NCBI RefSeq assembly: GCF_001194135.2
Contig: NC_068986.1
Location: 90,286,945 to 90,332,745 of the forward strand
Direction of reading: 5' to 3'
From: Octopus bimaculoides
Taxonomy: Eukaryota
Length of the DNA: 45,801 nucleotides
In this document: positions 13,197 through 26,409 of the stretch, one piece after another
How the letters are laid out: each line of letters opens with the position of its first letter
Numbering within the stretch: position 1 is the stretch's first letter
Position numbers and translations under genes: made by a program
The notes under the pieces: model-generated
What the model was told of the DNA's origin: nothing
Database searches by the model: none
The model's input: only the letters and a program-made list of their open reading frames with translations

Positions 13197-13599
13197 TACT
13201 GTTGACTGTCTTTAACTCAAAAACTTCTGTCAGTCATCAGTTTGAACATTTATAGATGAATCCTATTTAAGAAAGTTTGCTGTTTTATTAACTTGTTGCA
13301 TCATTTTTCAAATAATATATTTGTTGACAAATAATGGAATTTCAAGATATTGTTTTTATTGAGGTTGCTTTGTTTTTACAAGTTTCAAAGCTATTGTATT
13401 GCTCCCTCATTTCTGAGTGCATAACTGCACTTGTTCTGGTTTATCTGATGGAAAAAACCCCCAAAAGACAATAGTTTGAAGTAAGAAGAGAATGTAACAA
13501 AAAAAAAAAAAAGTGCTCTTACAAAATCTCACTCTGGCCTCAGAATCATAAAATAATGTAAAAACTGTAAAAAAAAAAAAAGATAATCCTAACATACTA

Positions 13600-13945
13600 G
13601 GCTTAGGAGTGGCTGTGGTAAGTAGCTTGCTTACCAACCACTTGGTTCTGGGCCGACCAAAGCCTTATGAGTGGATTTGGTAGATGGAAACTGAAAGAAG
13701 CCCGTCGTATATATGTATATGTATGTTTGTGTGTCTGTGTTTGTCCCCCCCCCCCAACATCGCTTGACAACCGATGCTGGTGTGTTTGTTTACATCCCCG
13801 TAACTTAGCAGTTCGGCAAAAGAGACCGATAGAATAAGTACTAGGCTTACAAAGAATAAGTCCTGGGGTCGATTTGTACTACTAAAGGCAGTGCTCCAGC
13901 ATGGCCACAGTCAAATGACTGAAACAGGTAAAAGAGTAAAGAGTA
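13600..13945 (+). mobile_element. tRNA-derived SINE (GGAGTGGCTGTG-type head), young copy with an internal deletion
   Basis: Same head and body as the copies at 26410, 27298 and 36379, but lacks the GTTCAGTCCCAC...CTACTA block after GGTTCTGG; AAAGAGT-repeat tail. Confidence 0.8.
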
Positions 13946-14484
13946 TACTGTAATATAAACTGAATTTGGCCATTAACTATGGGGGAAGCATTTGATCTTT
14001 GGTTCCTTTATTTTTTGTTAGTGGTCTTTTAAGGCCAAGGATTCTAACACCATCACTTGACTCCTTGGATATTTTTAGTGGAGTCCACTCTGTTGCAAGG
14101 TCAGATCTCTCACCTGAAGATAACTTCCCTACTAGTTCTTGTCAATCTCAAAGACCTATGAACATGTGGTTGACTAACAGAATAGTTAGAGCTTCTTGTA
14201 ATAGTTGTGTCAATTGCTTGCATTCTGAGTTCAAATCCTGTCATGGACTAGATGGGCTGCAGACTTAACTTATTGCTCAGTTTAATACTATCACCTTGTC
14301 ATAAAGTGCTTTTAGCAGAATCCAATCTGTTGCAGGGATTTAAGGTAGGTTTCTGGTTTGTGGACACTTTCCACTCTCTCCTTCACTCCTGCTAGTCTCA
14401 GAGGTCTTAGGAAAGGGTCATGGGTACAGTCTGTGTGATACCCTTCTAACTAAACCTTTAAAAAAATCAGGGTTAGAGTTAGGG

Positions 14485-14597
14485 TTCATATGTGGTTTAA
14501 TCAATTGATCCAGAATAGATTTGATAAATATTGATATCTAAACTTGGTACAAGGTGATACATTTTCATATGTGGTTTAATCAATGACTGGTGTCTAA
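14485..14597 (-). repeat. 113-bp inverted duplicate of 12959-13071
   Basis: Its reverse complement matches with only a few substitutions. Confidence 0.9.
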
Positions 14598-15129
14598 CTG
14601 TCAGAGGATAAGCAGCTCATGTACTGTCACTGATACTGCCCTGTGTTCTAAGACAAAGTGCTTAACCCTCTATAGCCCAGTCTACTTAGCAGCATCATAA
14701 TCATCAACATTTAATGTCTGTTTTCCATGCTGGCATGGGTTGGCCAGCTTGACAGAAACTGGCAAGGCCAGAGGCTTCACCAGGTTCTATAGTCTGTTTG
14801 GCTTGATTTCTACTACTGGATGCTATTCTTAACACCCACCACTTTACCGAGTGCACTGAGTACATTTTGCATGGTGTCATCACCAGTGCTTTTTACATGG
14901 CACCTTAGTTTTAGGATATCAGTTCTGTTGTGATGAACGGGTCTTCTTGACTATGGCAATGTGTTACATATCTTGGTCCTCTGTTATCTCCTTCGTGAGG
15001 CTAAGCGTTTTGAGATCAGCATTCAGTACTTCATCCCATGTCTTCCTGGGTCTCCCTCTTTCTCAACTTCCTTCCATTCTAAGTCATTGGCACATTCTAA
15101 TGCAACTGTTCTCATTCATCTGTCTCAAA

Positions 15130-15166
15130 TGTATATGTGTACATGTATGTATGTGTGTGTGCATGC

Positions 15167-15210
<44 letters not shown>

Positions 15211-15220
15211 NNNNNNNNNN

Positions 15221-15260
<40 letters not shown>
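15130..15260. repeat. (TA)n/(TG)n microsatellite with 10-N gap
   Basis: Direct observation; source of spurious YIYIYI ORFs. Confidence 0.95.
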
Positions 15261-15262
<2 letters not shown>

Positions 15263-18200
15263 TATTCAAAAGAATTCCAACTCTGTCTGTTTTTTATGTT
15301 TTATTTATATTCTTATAAAATTAATGTGGGATATGAAATATATAATATATATATATAGTAAAATGAAATGAAGTATTGAATGTCTTATTGAATAAATGAA
15401 ATATTGAATATTAAATATATAAGGACTAGTATACTTTCCTGCTTTCTAGCAGTCTTCAAGGTCCCGTGTGACAGAAGTCACATACACATACATACCACAG
15501 TGTAAAAGTTCACTGTTGCATTGTTGTGGTATACTTTAGTCTGTTTTACTCTTGATGCACTCTGCATACAAGCATTTCCCAAAGGTGTTTCACTGACCAA
15601 CATAGTATTTAAAATAGTTTCTAATATAGATACAAGGACTGGAATTTAGGTGAGGAGAATAGTTGATTATGTCAACCTTAGTACTTTACTAGTACTTTAT
15701 TTTATTGACACTGAAAAAAATGATAGGTTAAGTTGAACTTGGCAGGATTGTAACTGAGAATGTAAAGAGCTGTTATTAAATGCTGCAAGACATTTTGTCT
15801 GACAATTCTACCTGTCCACTATAATAAATGTAGAAAATATGAAAAAGAACAAGTCTAGAAATGTCTAAGTTACAAATCTTGAATTTTTGGTTAATGATAA
15901 ATCCTTTAATCTATCAGATTGTAGGGCCCTATGATTCTCCAAGTAGAGTGTCTTGGATAAATTCCTTTCCAACATACACTCAGTGTTCAAGTAGAGTTAG
16001 ATTCAACATTCAAAGTTAAAGCACAATACTTTTACAGTGGTTCCATTGCTTGAAATGGTGAATTGTTTCAGCCCTGTGGTCCCTATTTACAGATAGGTGG
16101 ACTGAACTTTTAAGAGTTAAATGCCTTGGCCCTCAACAGAAAGCAGTACTCGTGTTAAAACATGAGCCATCAATAGCTTTGCTGGTTATCCACTTCTCTT
16201 GTTGATTTAACCATCTTCTTTGTCAATGTCTAATATGTAAACCTATTTCTTTTACTCTTTGTATGTGTGTGTAAAGACGTGTATGTATGAATATGTTTAT
16301 GTGGATGAATAACTATCAAATGAATCAGAGCTACATTAAATATAATGTATCTGATTCCCTAAGGTCAGTTATTGCAATAAGAATTTCAGTTTTACAGGCT
16401 ATCAATTCCAACTTCACTGATTTTAAGTTTTACACTACATTTTGATTGGTTCTATCTCTGGTTATTTTCAGTTGCCCTAACCATTTTATTACCATATTTC
16501 TTTTGAAATAAACTGCCTCTGTTTCAATTAGTTCTAAACATAATAAAAAATTTTGTAAAATGATTTTGCCATTAGCTGGTGTTTGTAACATAAATTGACA
16601 TGAAATTTTGATGGGAGTTTTTAATTTAAATCACTTTGAAACAGGAAGTTGATCTCATATGATAGGGATGGTTTTGGGTAGGTTGGGCTAAAAATGAAGG
16701 ACTATTCATCCTTATCAGGGGTAGAACCTTAATTACCAATACAGAAATAGCAGCATTATAATTTAAGGATGGTAAAAATTTGAAATAAAGAGTACTGATT
16801 TCAAATATATTAACTTTAGGATTATGGCAATTGGAGATAATTAGAAAATGGACCAATCAAAATACAGAGAAAACAAAATACATTTCATGATACTGAATGA
16901 TTAAATAAATAGTCTGGAAAAACCAAATTTTCATTAAATTTGAGTAAAATTAGTTTCAATTAAAACTTAAACATAATTATACATGAAACATTTTTATAAC
17001 ATTGAAATATGGGACAAACAACGAATGTAAATAAAAAGGATCATGAAGAATGAGGATAGCAATGATGATAATATAATGGACTTCGTTATAAAATAAAGTT
17101 TGTTGTTTTCTGTTTCATTTTTATCAAGACTAATTAATGTTCTGGTTTTTATTCATTCATTTATTTGAGTATGTATGGAGGTACAAATGTGAGTGTATGC
17201 ATGTATATATGTGTGTGTGTACCAGTTTCTGGTCAATTTCAACACAGTCATGTATTGAGCATTCTTCAGGATTTGAAAAGAAAATTAAAAAAATTAAAAA
17301 CAAACAGAACAACTGTGTATGAGTGCTTTTATATTAGCTACATTAGTCAAAATACCTTGTAATCAGTTACAAGTCTTTACATGCGGAATGAACATCTATC
17401 TGGATTCAAATTTGCCTTTCATCCTTCCAAGGTTGATGAAATAAAGAGCCAGTAAAATACTGGGGTAGGTGAAGTCAACTATATCCCCTAACCCTAAATT
17501 TGTGACATTGTGCCAATATTTGAAATTATTTTGTCTTGTAATTTTGTATTTTTCATTTATTTTGTTAGATGTTCACAGTTTTATGTTTGTTTTTATTGCT
17601 GTATTATTGTTTTGAGTTCAGCCTGCCAACATGACCAGTTCTGATTCAAATTCACCAAGACCAGTTCTAGTTTAGTGTACCTGGATGGACTACTGTACAA
17701 AAATAGCAGGATGTAAAGGCCTTTATGCTTCCACTTTTATTGGAAATATTCAGTGTTCTCCATAACAAGTGATGCATGATCAAAACTGAGGCAGCAACTT
17801 TGGTTTCAACCTTTAATTGAAGCTTGATACTAATTCACTTCATCTACACTACTAACAATCATGTGGAAAGGCATGAATGCTGCTACACTTCCTGTATTGG
17901 GTCTGCTCTAAACTATATAGCCTTGGTACCTGGTCAAAAAGAAACCATTTTTATTCAGATTAAAAACAGGGGCTTGTTAATGTTGGTTATTTTGTATGTG
18001 AAATGCAAAAATTATATTTATATGTACAATAAGTATATAAACAACAAAGAAAAAAGCCATTGTTGTTGACTGTGAAATGGGGATTTATTAGTGTTGCTTG
18101 TGTGTTTGTAAACTATGCGTGTGATATTGTTGACATATGCGTGAGAGAATATGTTCTGGATATTAATACTTATGTATGAAAATAAGCATGTTTGTATGAG

Positions 18201-18623
18201 TGTATATGAATATTTCTCAACGTGAATGGATCAAACTTGTGTTTATGGTCCCTGCTTGCTATATTGTGCAGCTATGCCTCAGTCATGGTTCCAATCGATT
18301 ATTTCCCTTTGCTGTACAATATGGCTGCTCACCCTTTGCATTTTCTTTAAACACCCATCTGATTGTGCAATGAGAGTATATGTCTGTATAATAAGTTTAA
18401 AGCTAATTCACTTTTAAAAATGGCCATTTTTTTTTTTCCTTGAAAAGACAAAACAAAAGAATGAAGCTTCCAATTTTAGATATGAGTTGGTAATTATGGT
18501 TTTGCTGTGGCTTGCTTTTACATGATTTCTGTTTTGTAATTGCATTGTAATTCTGATGAAAAAGAAGAGAATTATAAAAAAAAAAACCTGTATGTATGTG
18601 TGTATGCATATAGATACACACAC

Positions 18624-18996
18624 GGCGAGCTGGCAGAAACGTTAGCACACTGGGCGAAATGCTTAGCGGTATTTCGTCTGCCGCTACGTTCTGAGTTCAA
18701 ATTCCGCCGAGGTCAACTTTACCTTTCATCCTTTCGGGGTCGATTAAATAAGTACCAGTTACGCACTGGGGTCGATATAATCGACTTAATCCATTTGTCT
18801 ATCCTTGTTTGTCCCCTCTGTGTGTAGCCCNNNNNNNNNNTCAAATTCCGCCGAGGTCAACTTTGCCTTTCATCCTTTCGGGGTCGATTAAATAAGTACC
18901 AGTTACGCACTGGGGTCGATATAATCGACTTAATCCATTTGTCTATCCTTGTTTGTCCCCTCTGTGTGTAGCCCCTTGTGGGTAATAAAGAAATAA
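18624..18996 (+). mobile_element. Young SINE (GGCGAGCTGGCAGAA-type head), partly duplicated across an assembly gap
   Basis: CpG-intact copy. 18697-18830 is repeated at 18841-18974 with one difference, separated by 10 N. Confidence 0.85.
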
Positions 18997-19659
18997 CACA
19001 CACACACACGTACACAGAAATATGTATGTATACACACACACACACACACACATTTATGTATGAACACAATATCTGTAAGGTTAAGATACTGGATTACTGA
19101 CCACATGGTCATACATCTAATGTTGTGCTCATATCTGATACATCTCCTAACTTTATTGTAAAGAAGGCCCTACATCAAATTTTATCCTCTCCTCTTCATA
19201 ACACTGGTATTATCACTATTTCAATCATTCCCTAATTTGCTTGGCAAACATAAAAAATGGTTTCATAACCTGTAATACATCTGTCTATATACAAATACGG
19301 ACTCATGATTATCTAGCTACACATTCAGATATGTGTGTGTGTGCTATTACAGAAACTTGTCAATTCATAGTACTACTAGTTTCAAAGCCACACTGAACTG
19401 TTGAGTACTTATCATAAAGCTTGACTTGTACATTTTTCATTTTTAACAAAATGGTTTACTATGTTGAAGAAAACAAGGTGAAAAGCTCAACAAAGTGTGA
19501 GTAGTTAGCAGCTTTCAGTGACTTTGAAACTATAAGTAGCATGGATTGACTGTGTTCTATAATCATAAAAATGTGTAAACTGATTCCAAGTGAAGTGCTC
19601 TTCACTGTGGTATCTGAAACTTGCTCAGTGACTCTGTATGTGTGTGTGTGTGTATGTGT

Positions 19660-20520
19660 GCATACAAGGTTGATCACAGGCTGATATGTCACAAGCTATG
19701 AAGACTTGGCATAGTTGAAAAACTGGAAGAGCGATGACATGACATGACATCTTAAAAGACAGAAGTCTGGCTGTAGCAGCCAATGGAGCCCTCTCCAAGG
19801 AGATATTAATAGTAAGTGGAGTGCCTCAGGGAACTGTCTTGGGGCCATTGCTGTTTGTGGTGGCTCTCTCAGACATACTGTCAGTTATACAGGCAGCTAC
19901 TCTTACTAGCTATGCAGACAACACAATAATAGCACAAGCAATCAAGAATTTTGATGCTAATCTTTTACTGAAAGAACTAGATACTGTATACAAATGGGCT
20001 GAAGAAAGCAACATGAAATTTAATGCTGCAAAATTCTTAGCCTTCCACTATCGGTCAGCGTTTGCTAACACACCACAACAAAAATTCCTAGGACCAAAAT
20101 GAGCAACAATCCTGTGGTCAAATACAGAGTGTAATCTGTAGATTGACATAAGCAACAATGCATCATTTCATGTACATATCGCTAAGAAAGCTGTGTGCAG
20201 GCAAATGGCTGGCTGGATTTTGAGAACTTGCACAACAAGGAACCAGGAAACTATGTTGGTCATTTGGAGGACATTTGTCTTTGGCTGTCTGGACTACTAT
20301 TCACAGCTATGACCATCCCATAGTATCAATTTAATAGTGGAAATTGAGGTAGTTCAGTGGTACTACATCAAGAAGATTGTGTCAATAAAACACTTGAGCT
20401 CCTGGAAGAGATTTAAAAAATTATAACCACTTCCTGGCCTGGAGTGAAGACAGGAGAAATATGTGGTGTTATACATATGGAAGGTTCGAGAAATGCTGGC
20501 ACCAAACTTTGGCATTGAGA
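19660..20520 (+). mobile_element. CR1/L2/Jockey-superclade LINE RT fragment
   Basis: KVDH..ICHKL..LKDRS.AV.ANG..SGVPQGTVLGPLLF..SYADNT..YKWAEESNMKFNAAKF, then WILRT..TMLVIWRTFV..LDYYSQL..EVVQ thumb region. Many stops. Confidence 0.88.
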
Positions 20521-20559
20521 GTTGTACTAGCCCCTGAACAGGATGGTCTGCACAGTAAA

Positions 20560-21240
20560 AAGATCAGTGACTATTTTACCCAAGTTAACAACCATGGTAC
20601 CAACAACATAATTAAGATAGCTAATGAACTTGAGGAGAGGTATGAAAGAAGTACTGATACAGATCTTTTCCCAGGGAGAATTGGTAAAATCTATTTATCA
20701 GATGAACAAAGTAAAAAAAATATAAAAGATGGAGCAGTTCACTGAGATGATACTACATGAGTTCTTGACACAGAAGACACAAGCCAAAGAAGAGATTTCT
20801 CAGGTCAAGTGCTTGGCATTGAGTACTGACAAGTTTATGACCTTCCTCTTTGAATGTTACCTCCATCACCTCTAAGTACCTACAGCATAAGAGGCAGCAA
20901 ATGTAGTCTGTGCAAGACCAAGACTGAAGACATCAACTATATTATGACCGGTTGTGAGACAATGTCTTCTGAATATTATCCTCTCATTGGGAATAATGCA
21001 GTGGCCAGAACAGAATTATGATCAGGAACAGAATAACAAAGAAGAAAACACCTCCAGATGAATTTGACTATATTGAAACCAATGGGTTAAAAGAATATCG
21101 GTGAAACTTAAAAATTAAAACAGTAACCAAGTTAAAACACAACTGGCCAGGTATTGTTGTATGTGACCACAAGGAGAAGATATGTTGTGTTGTGGAAATC
21201 AGCTGCCTTCTGGACACCAATGTGGTTTGAAAAATACAAG
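20560..21240 (+). mobile_element. RLE-type (NeSL/HERO/CRE-like) LINE remnant: CCHC knuckle and restriction-like endonuclease
   Basis: KCSLCKTKTEDINYIMTGC (from 20902), then EYR*NLKIKTVTKLKHNWPGIVVCDHKEKICCVVEISCLLDTN, matching the HNRPDIV...C..VE.SCP.D motif. Confidence 0.75.
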
Positions 21241-21349
21241 GGAACCATTAATAAAGAGTTTGCAAATGCAGTACTCTACAAAATCATGTTCTACAAATGA
21301 TCACAATATCAGGGACTATAAAAATCTGCAAGACCTTATTAAGATTTAA

Positions 21350-21560
21350 CCCTTTTGATAGCAACTAGCCTGAAACTACATCTGGCTTTGTAGTACAAAT
21401 ATCTTGTTTTCAAAAGTTCTGAATTAAAATTTACCAAACCTTAGTCACAATTTATGTTCCTTACATTTGCCTAATGATAACTAAGTTATTTTGCTAAATT
21501 CTTGTTATATTGAAAATTAATTGAAAGAAACAGAGTAGCTCAACAAAAATATGGTTAAAG
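21350..21560. mobile_element. Degenerate inverted copy of the 4889-5108 MITE family
   Basis: TTAA|CCCTTTTG left end. Internal ACCTTAGTCACAATTTATGTTCC and ATGATAACTAAGTTATTTT are reverse complements of segments in the 4889-5108 element. Confidence 0.65.
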
Positions 21561-22950
21561 GATGATTGTTGAAACAAGATGCTTTCCTTCACAACCTTGT
21601 GACCAGTCTAAGTGACCAGTCAAAATTTACTCTAAATTAAAAAGAGAAAGAGAACATACATGCACATTTGTTTTCATGTTGAATTATGATAAAAGCAGTT
21701 TTACATTAAACTGAAAGACGTACTTGATATATTTTGTAGAGTATGTATTTATTATACTTTTACAAGAAGAATGATAACAGTGACTTCAAAGTTTGAATGG
21801 TTGGCAGGCCAAAACTTTAAAGTCACTATCACCAGTCTTGTAAAACTGTAATAGATAATATACATATATCTTGTAAACTTCATGGTGAACAGAACTTCAA
21901 GATTTACCCAACTGCTGAGCAAAATTTAGAAATCCCTCTCAACACAAACTTTACAATAAATTTGACTCTACTCTTAGGCATTGAGTCACCTCATTGGTTC
22001 ATGTTTTGATGTTATTCTTAAACTAGCTTTACAATAATAACTTCAATTTAGCATTTTCACACATACACACACACACACACACATTCAGTGGAACTTGAAG
22101 TAGATAAAGCTATCAATACTGGCATGGTGAATATTTGTCTACAAAACATTGGATAGAGCAAATTAAAGGCTACCAGTTGTATATGAATCAGCATCTGTAA
22201 GCAAGATTGATGTTCTAAATTTTGACTTCCTTTATTGAAAGGAGCTTTTAAAACCAATATTTACATGCTATTTTTTATAGCTTTATAAAGTGGAGCAAGC
22301 TGGCAGAATTGTTAGCATTCTTGGCAAAAATGCTTAGAGGAATTTTATCTATCTTTATGTTCTGAGTTCAAATGCTTTTGAGGTTGACTTTGCCTTTCAT
22401 CCTTTCAGGGTTGATAAAACAAGTACCAGTTGAGCACTGGGATTGATGATATTGTTCTAACTCCTCCTCCAAAATTGCTGGTCTTGTGCCAAAATTTGAA
22501 AAGATTTGTTGCTTTATCTACTTTCAGTTTTATCATTAAAAAATAAGTGAATTATTTCATGTCTCTTGAAGTTTCTAAATTCTTATGCCAAACTATATAT
22601 ATATACACACACCAAGAGGTAATATTTATTCCCATTTAAACGTGGATGTTCTATTAGAACAAACTTTACTGTGGTATATATAAATATATATATATATATA
22701 TATAGAAACATACACATGTGAAATCTGTTTTTTTTTCTGTTTGCTTTCTTCAATTTAAAATATGCTACAGCAAATCACATTCCTTCCAGCCAACTCAAAT
22801 TTAAAAAGAAAAATTAACAAGTGAAATTCTTCCTTTTTTTGTGAATTGCTTACTTAATAGCAGAAATTCAGTAAACATTTTTTGAAGAATGTTATTATCA
22901 ATTTTTTTCAAACAACTGTTAAAAAATTAAAAAAATTATTTTTTCCCTCC

Positions 22951-23223
22951 NNNNNNNNNNNNNNNNNNNNNNNNNNNNNNNNNNNNNNNNNNNNNNNNNN
23001 NNNNNNNNNNNNNNNNNNNNNNNNNNNNNNNNNNNNNNNNNNNNNNNNNNNNNNNNNNNNNNNNNNNNNNNNNNNNNNNNNNNNNNNNNNNNNNNNNNNN
23101 NNNNNNNNNNNNNNNNNNNNNNNNNNNNNNNNNNNNNNNNNNNNNNNNNNNNNNNNNNNNNNNNNNNNNNNNNNNNNNNNNNNNNNNNNNNNNNNNNNNN
23201 NNNNNNNNNNNNNNNNNNNNNNN
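22951..23223. other. Assembly gap (273 N); other gaps at 13107-13116, 15211-15220, 18831-18840, 29733-29789, 37407-37416
   Basis: N runs, typical of a short-read scaffold. Confidence 0.99.
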
Positions 23224-23395
23224 GAAATCATTTACTTTGTTGTTTAATTCTTATATTTATTTTTTCTTATCCATCCATCCATCCATCGATGTATCTATAT
23301 TTGTCAGTTTGTCTTTCTGTCTATCTTTCTATAGGAAATCGGCACATATCCTTATATATGCATACACCTGCAAAACAATATGCAAATGTTACAAA

Positions 23396-24138
23396 TGCTT
23401 ACTTGCTTAAGGCAGTCAATCTTGACAGATGACGACGTCGTCTTTGATCCTTAGGGGTTGTCTTGATGGCATTGGCAGGCCCTCTTGTGGCTGAAAAGGC
23501 CGATTCTGGAGGCACATGTCCAATTACACTGAGAGCAGCGAAGAGGGCTCCGATGAAGATGAGCTCGTCTAGGATTTTGCTGACGTTTCTTGAGCTGTCT
23601 CTGCTTTTCTTTGCAAAGTCTAGTCCGCTCATCTTCAAAATGCTGCTTACCAGTTTTGACCATACCCCTCCAGGTAATATGGTCTGTGACCAGTGTTTCA
23701 AGTTCACCAGGGGTATGTTGCAGAGCTTCAGGGATTTCTTGAGATGATCTTTATATCACTTCTTTGGAACTCCGTGCGGTCAGTTACACTCTGCTATCTC
23801 CCCCAAAAAGGACAATCTTGGTATACAGTTTTCTGGCATCCTGGTAACATGCCCCACCCAGTGCAGTTGACGTTTGAGGAGCATGCATTCGATGCTGGTG
23901 AGTTTCGCTCATCTCAGGATCTCTGTGTGTGGGATCTTGTTCTTCAAGGTCATGTGAAGAATGCACTGGAGACAGTGGAGATGAAAGGATTCAAGGAATT
24001 TGACATGACGATGGTAAAGTGTCCAGGTTTCTGAGGCATACAGAAGTGTGGAAACCACAACAGCACGATAAACCTTGATTTTCGTGGAGAGATTCAGATC
24101 ACGATTAAGGAAGACCCTATCCTTGAGACGTCCAAAAT
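23396..24138 (-). mobile_element. 5'-truncated RTE/BovB-like LINE (thumb and C-terminal region)
   Basis: FGRLKDRVFLNRDLNLSTKIKVYRAVVVSTLLYASETW..QLHWVGHVTRM..YKDHLK..CSQCNWTCASRIGLFSHKRAC, typical of RTE-BovB ORF C-termini. Has frameshifts and stops and a short 3' UTR. Confidence 0.85.
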
Positions 24139-24859
24139 ATGTGCATATAGAAAGATATGCCAATAAGGAAGTATACATATATGGACGCATATACATATAA
24201 GAATGGATGCACAGATATATGCAGATACTTGCATCAAATGTATAGATATATGCATACATATACAATGGCATTAATTTAAAGACAACAGTAAACAGATATT
24301 AATTACTAAATGTAAGGTGGCAGGCTGGCAGAATTGTTAGCATGCCAGGCAAAATGCTTTGTGGCATTCTGTCCATCTTCATGTTCTAAGGATTGGCTAC
24401 TTTTCATCCTTTCAAGGTTGATAAAATAAGTACCAGTTGAATACTGGGGTTGGTGTAATCAACTTAACCCCTCCCTCAAAACTGCTGGCCTTGTGCCAGA
24501 ATTTGAAATCATTAATTACTAAATGTTAATTATTAGTTGATTCAATCACGTAATATGAATTTTAAATTATGCAAGTTTAAACACAAAAAATTCAAATTGC
24601 ATTAGTAAACATTGACAGTATCAATAATGCCACATAAATGAGCATCACTTAATTTAAGAACACAGAACACCTTTTTCAACAAACTAGAACCACAATACGA
24701 GGAATTGAATCTATAATTGTGATACATTATGTGGAATTTCTTTCCATATTCTGGTAAAATATAGTTGTACATTTTATTAAGTTCCCAGGATTACCCCCTT
24801 GATGTTGATTGTTTTTTTTTAATGCATTTTCTATTTTATTTAAATCTGCAGACTGAATG

Positions 24860-25395
24860 GGTTTCTGCAGCACTTCATGGATTTTCTTACTTTGGAGCTA
24901 TTTCTTGGTTAATTCTGCAATATGCTTCAAGTTACTGCCATACTGAAAATTTATGACTAGCTCACATGGACCTTAGAGCATCGTCTTCTCCAAAATCTTT
25001 AGACAGGTTGTCATTCATAATGCTCTTAGAATGTTTATCACCACTAATCCAGTTGTTCCACTTTTGGCACAAAGCACATTTTATGGGTTTATTTACACTG
25101 ACATCTACCAGCTGCAAAATCAAATCATTCCACTGGGAATGGTAGCAAGTTCACAGTTGTCACTTCTTGATACACCTTTCACATAGTCCAACTTATGGCA
25201 CCTAAAACTATCCAAAACTAATAAATTACATTCACGGGTATTGGGACGTTGTGCCCACACAAGTCTTAGCCATTCTTTCATGCTGGATTCAGTCATCCAG
25301 CCTTTTCCGTGGACTCTAATGATTATGCCTTTTGGAAAGTTTAACTTTGACAACGTCTTTCTTTTGAAGATAACATATGGTGGCAATTTCAAAAG
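24860..25395 (-). mobile_element. pogo/Tigger-family DDE transposase fragment
   Basis: KLPPYVIFKRKTL..FPKGIIIRVHGKGWMTE..MKEWL..VW..RP..LLVLDSFRCH..LATIPSG, then frameshifted LQLVDVSVNKPIK.AL.QKWNNW (DDE_1 signature). Confidence 0.85.
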
Positions 25396-25448
25396 TTGTG
25401 AAGAGAAGAAAAAAAAAGAAGAAAAGGAGATGTTCATATCTTTGTATG

Positions 25449-25829
25449 TGGAGGCGCAATGGCCCAGTTGTTAGGGCAGCGGACTTGCGGTCATTGGATC
25501 GCGGTTTCGATTCTCAGACTGGGTGTTGTGAGTGTTTATTGAGCGAAAACACCTAAAGCTCAACGAGGCTCCGGCAGGGGATGGTGGCAAACCCTGCTGT
25601 ACTCTTCCACCACAACTTTCTCTCACTCTTACTTCCTGTTTCTGTTGTGCCTGTAATTCAAAGGGTCAGCCTTGTCACACTGTGTCACACTGAATATCCC
25701 CGAGAACTACGTTAAGGGTACACGTGTCTGTGGAGTGCTCAGCCATTTGCACGTTAATTTCAAGAGCAGGCTGTTCCGTTGATCAGATCAACTGGAACCC
25801 TCGTCGTCATAAGCGACAGAGTGCCAACA
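25449..25829 (+). mobile_element. Full-length tRNA-derived SINE with 13-bp target-site duplication
   Basis: tRNA-like head GGAGGCGCAATGGCCCAGTTG..GGTTTCGATTC. ATATCTTTGTATG is duplicated at 25436-25448 and 25830-25842. Confidence 0.85.
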
Positions 25830-26212
25830 ATATCTTTGTATGCAGAGCTACAGCCACAATGACATTTTCTGTTGACATAGCATCTACTAACTCTGCTTGT
25901 TCAAATTCCTCTGGAATAAAAAAAATCCCTGACTTGCATAAATAACAGTTTACATGTTGGTGTCAGGATGAGCATCTGGTTATAAAAATCTTGTCTCAAA
26001 CATCTTTTCTGTCTAAGACATGCTAGCATGGATAAAGAGAAGTTGAATGAATGACTACAAACTTGAAGATTGATATTTCTTTTCTAGAATATCTACGTTC
26101 ATTACTAAGACATTTCTCCTCTCTATGAACAGCATGATCACTTGCTATTCACTTATATGTGAACCCCTACAACATTGCCAAACTTTCGAGATTTATCAGC
26201 ATTACATCTTAA

Positions 26213-26401
26213 GCCTTTTGTTTGCCATACTGCTGTTAAACTTCACTGCTTTTGTTTCTATTAATTTTGTTGTTATTAAGGTCGTGTTTGCAACTAAACT
26301 TGACAAAATTTTGATGGAAGATTTTAATTTAGAGCATTTTAAAATAGGAAGTTTATATCATAGAATGAAAGGCAGTTTTAGGCAGGTTGGTATTAAAAGG
26401 G
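26213..26401. mobile_element. piggyBac-type MITE (second family)
   Basis: TTAA|GCCTTTT ... AAAAGGG|TTAA. The internal sequence is related to a decayed copy near 16430-16690. Confidence 0.6.
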
Positions 26402-26409
26402 TTAAAGGA

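Noticed and set aside
18697-18974. 134-bp direct duplication inside a SINE
   Set aside because: It sits exactly across a 10-N gap with one base difference, most simply explained as overlapping contig ends or haplotypes.
25449-25530. tRNA gene (and similar heads at 13600, 18624, 31370, 36379)
   Set aside because: The A/B boxes continue into SINE bodies, there is no acceptor stem, and one copy has a 13-bp TSD.
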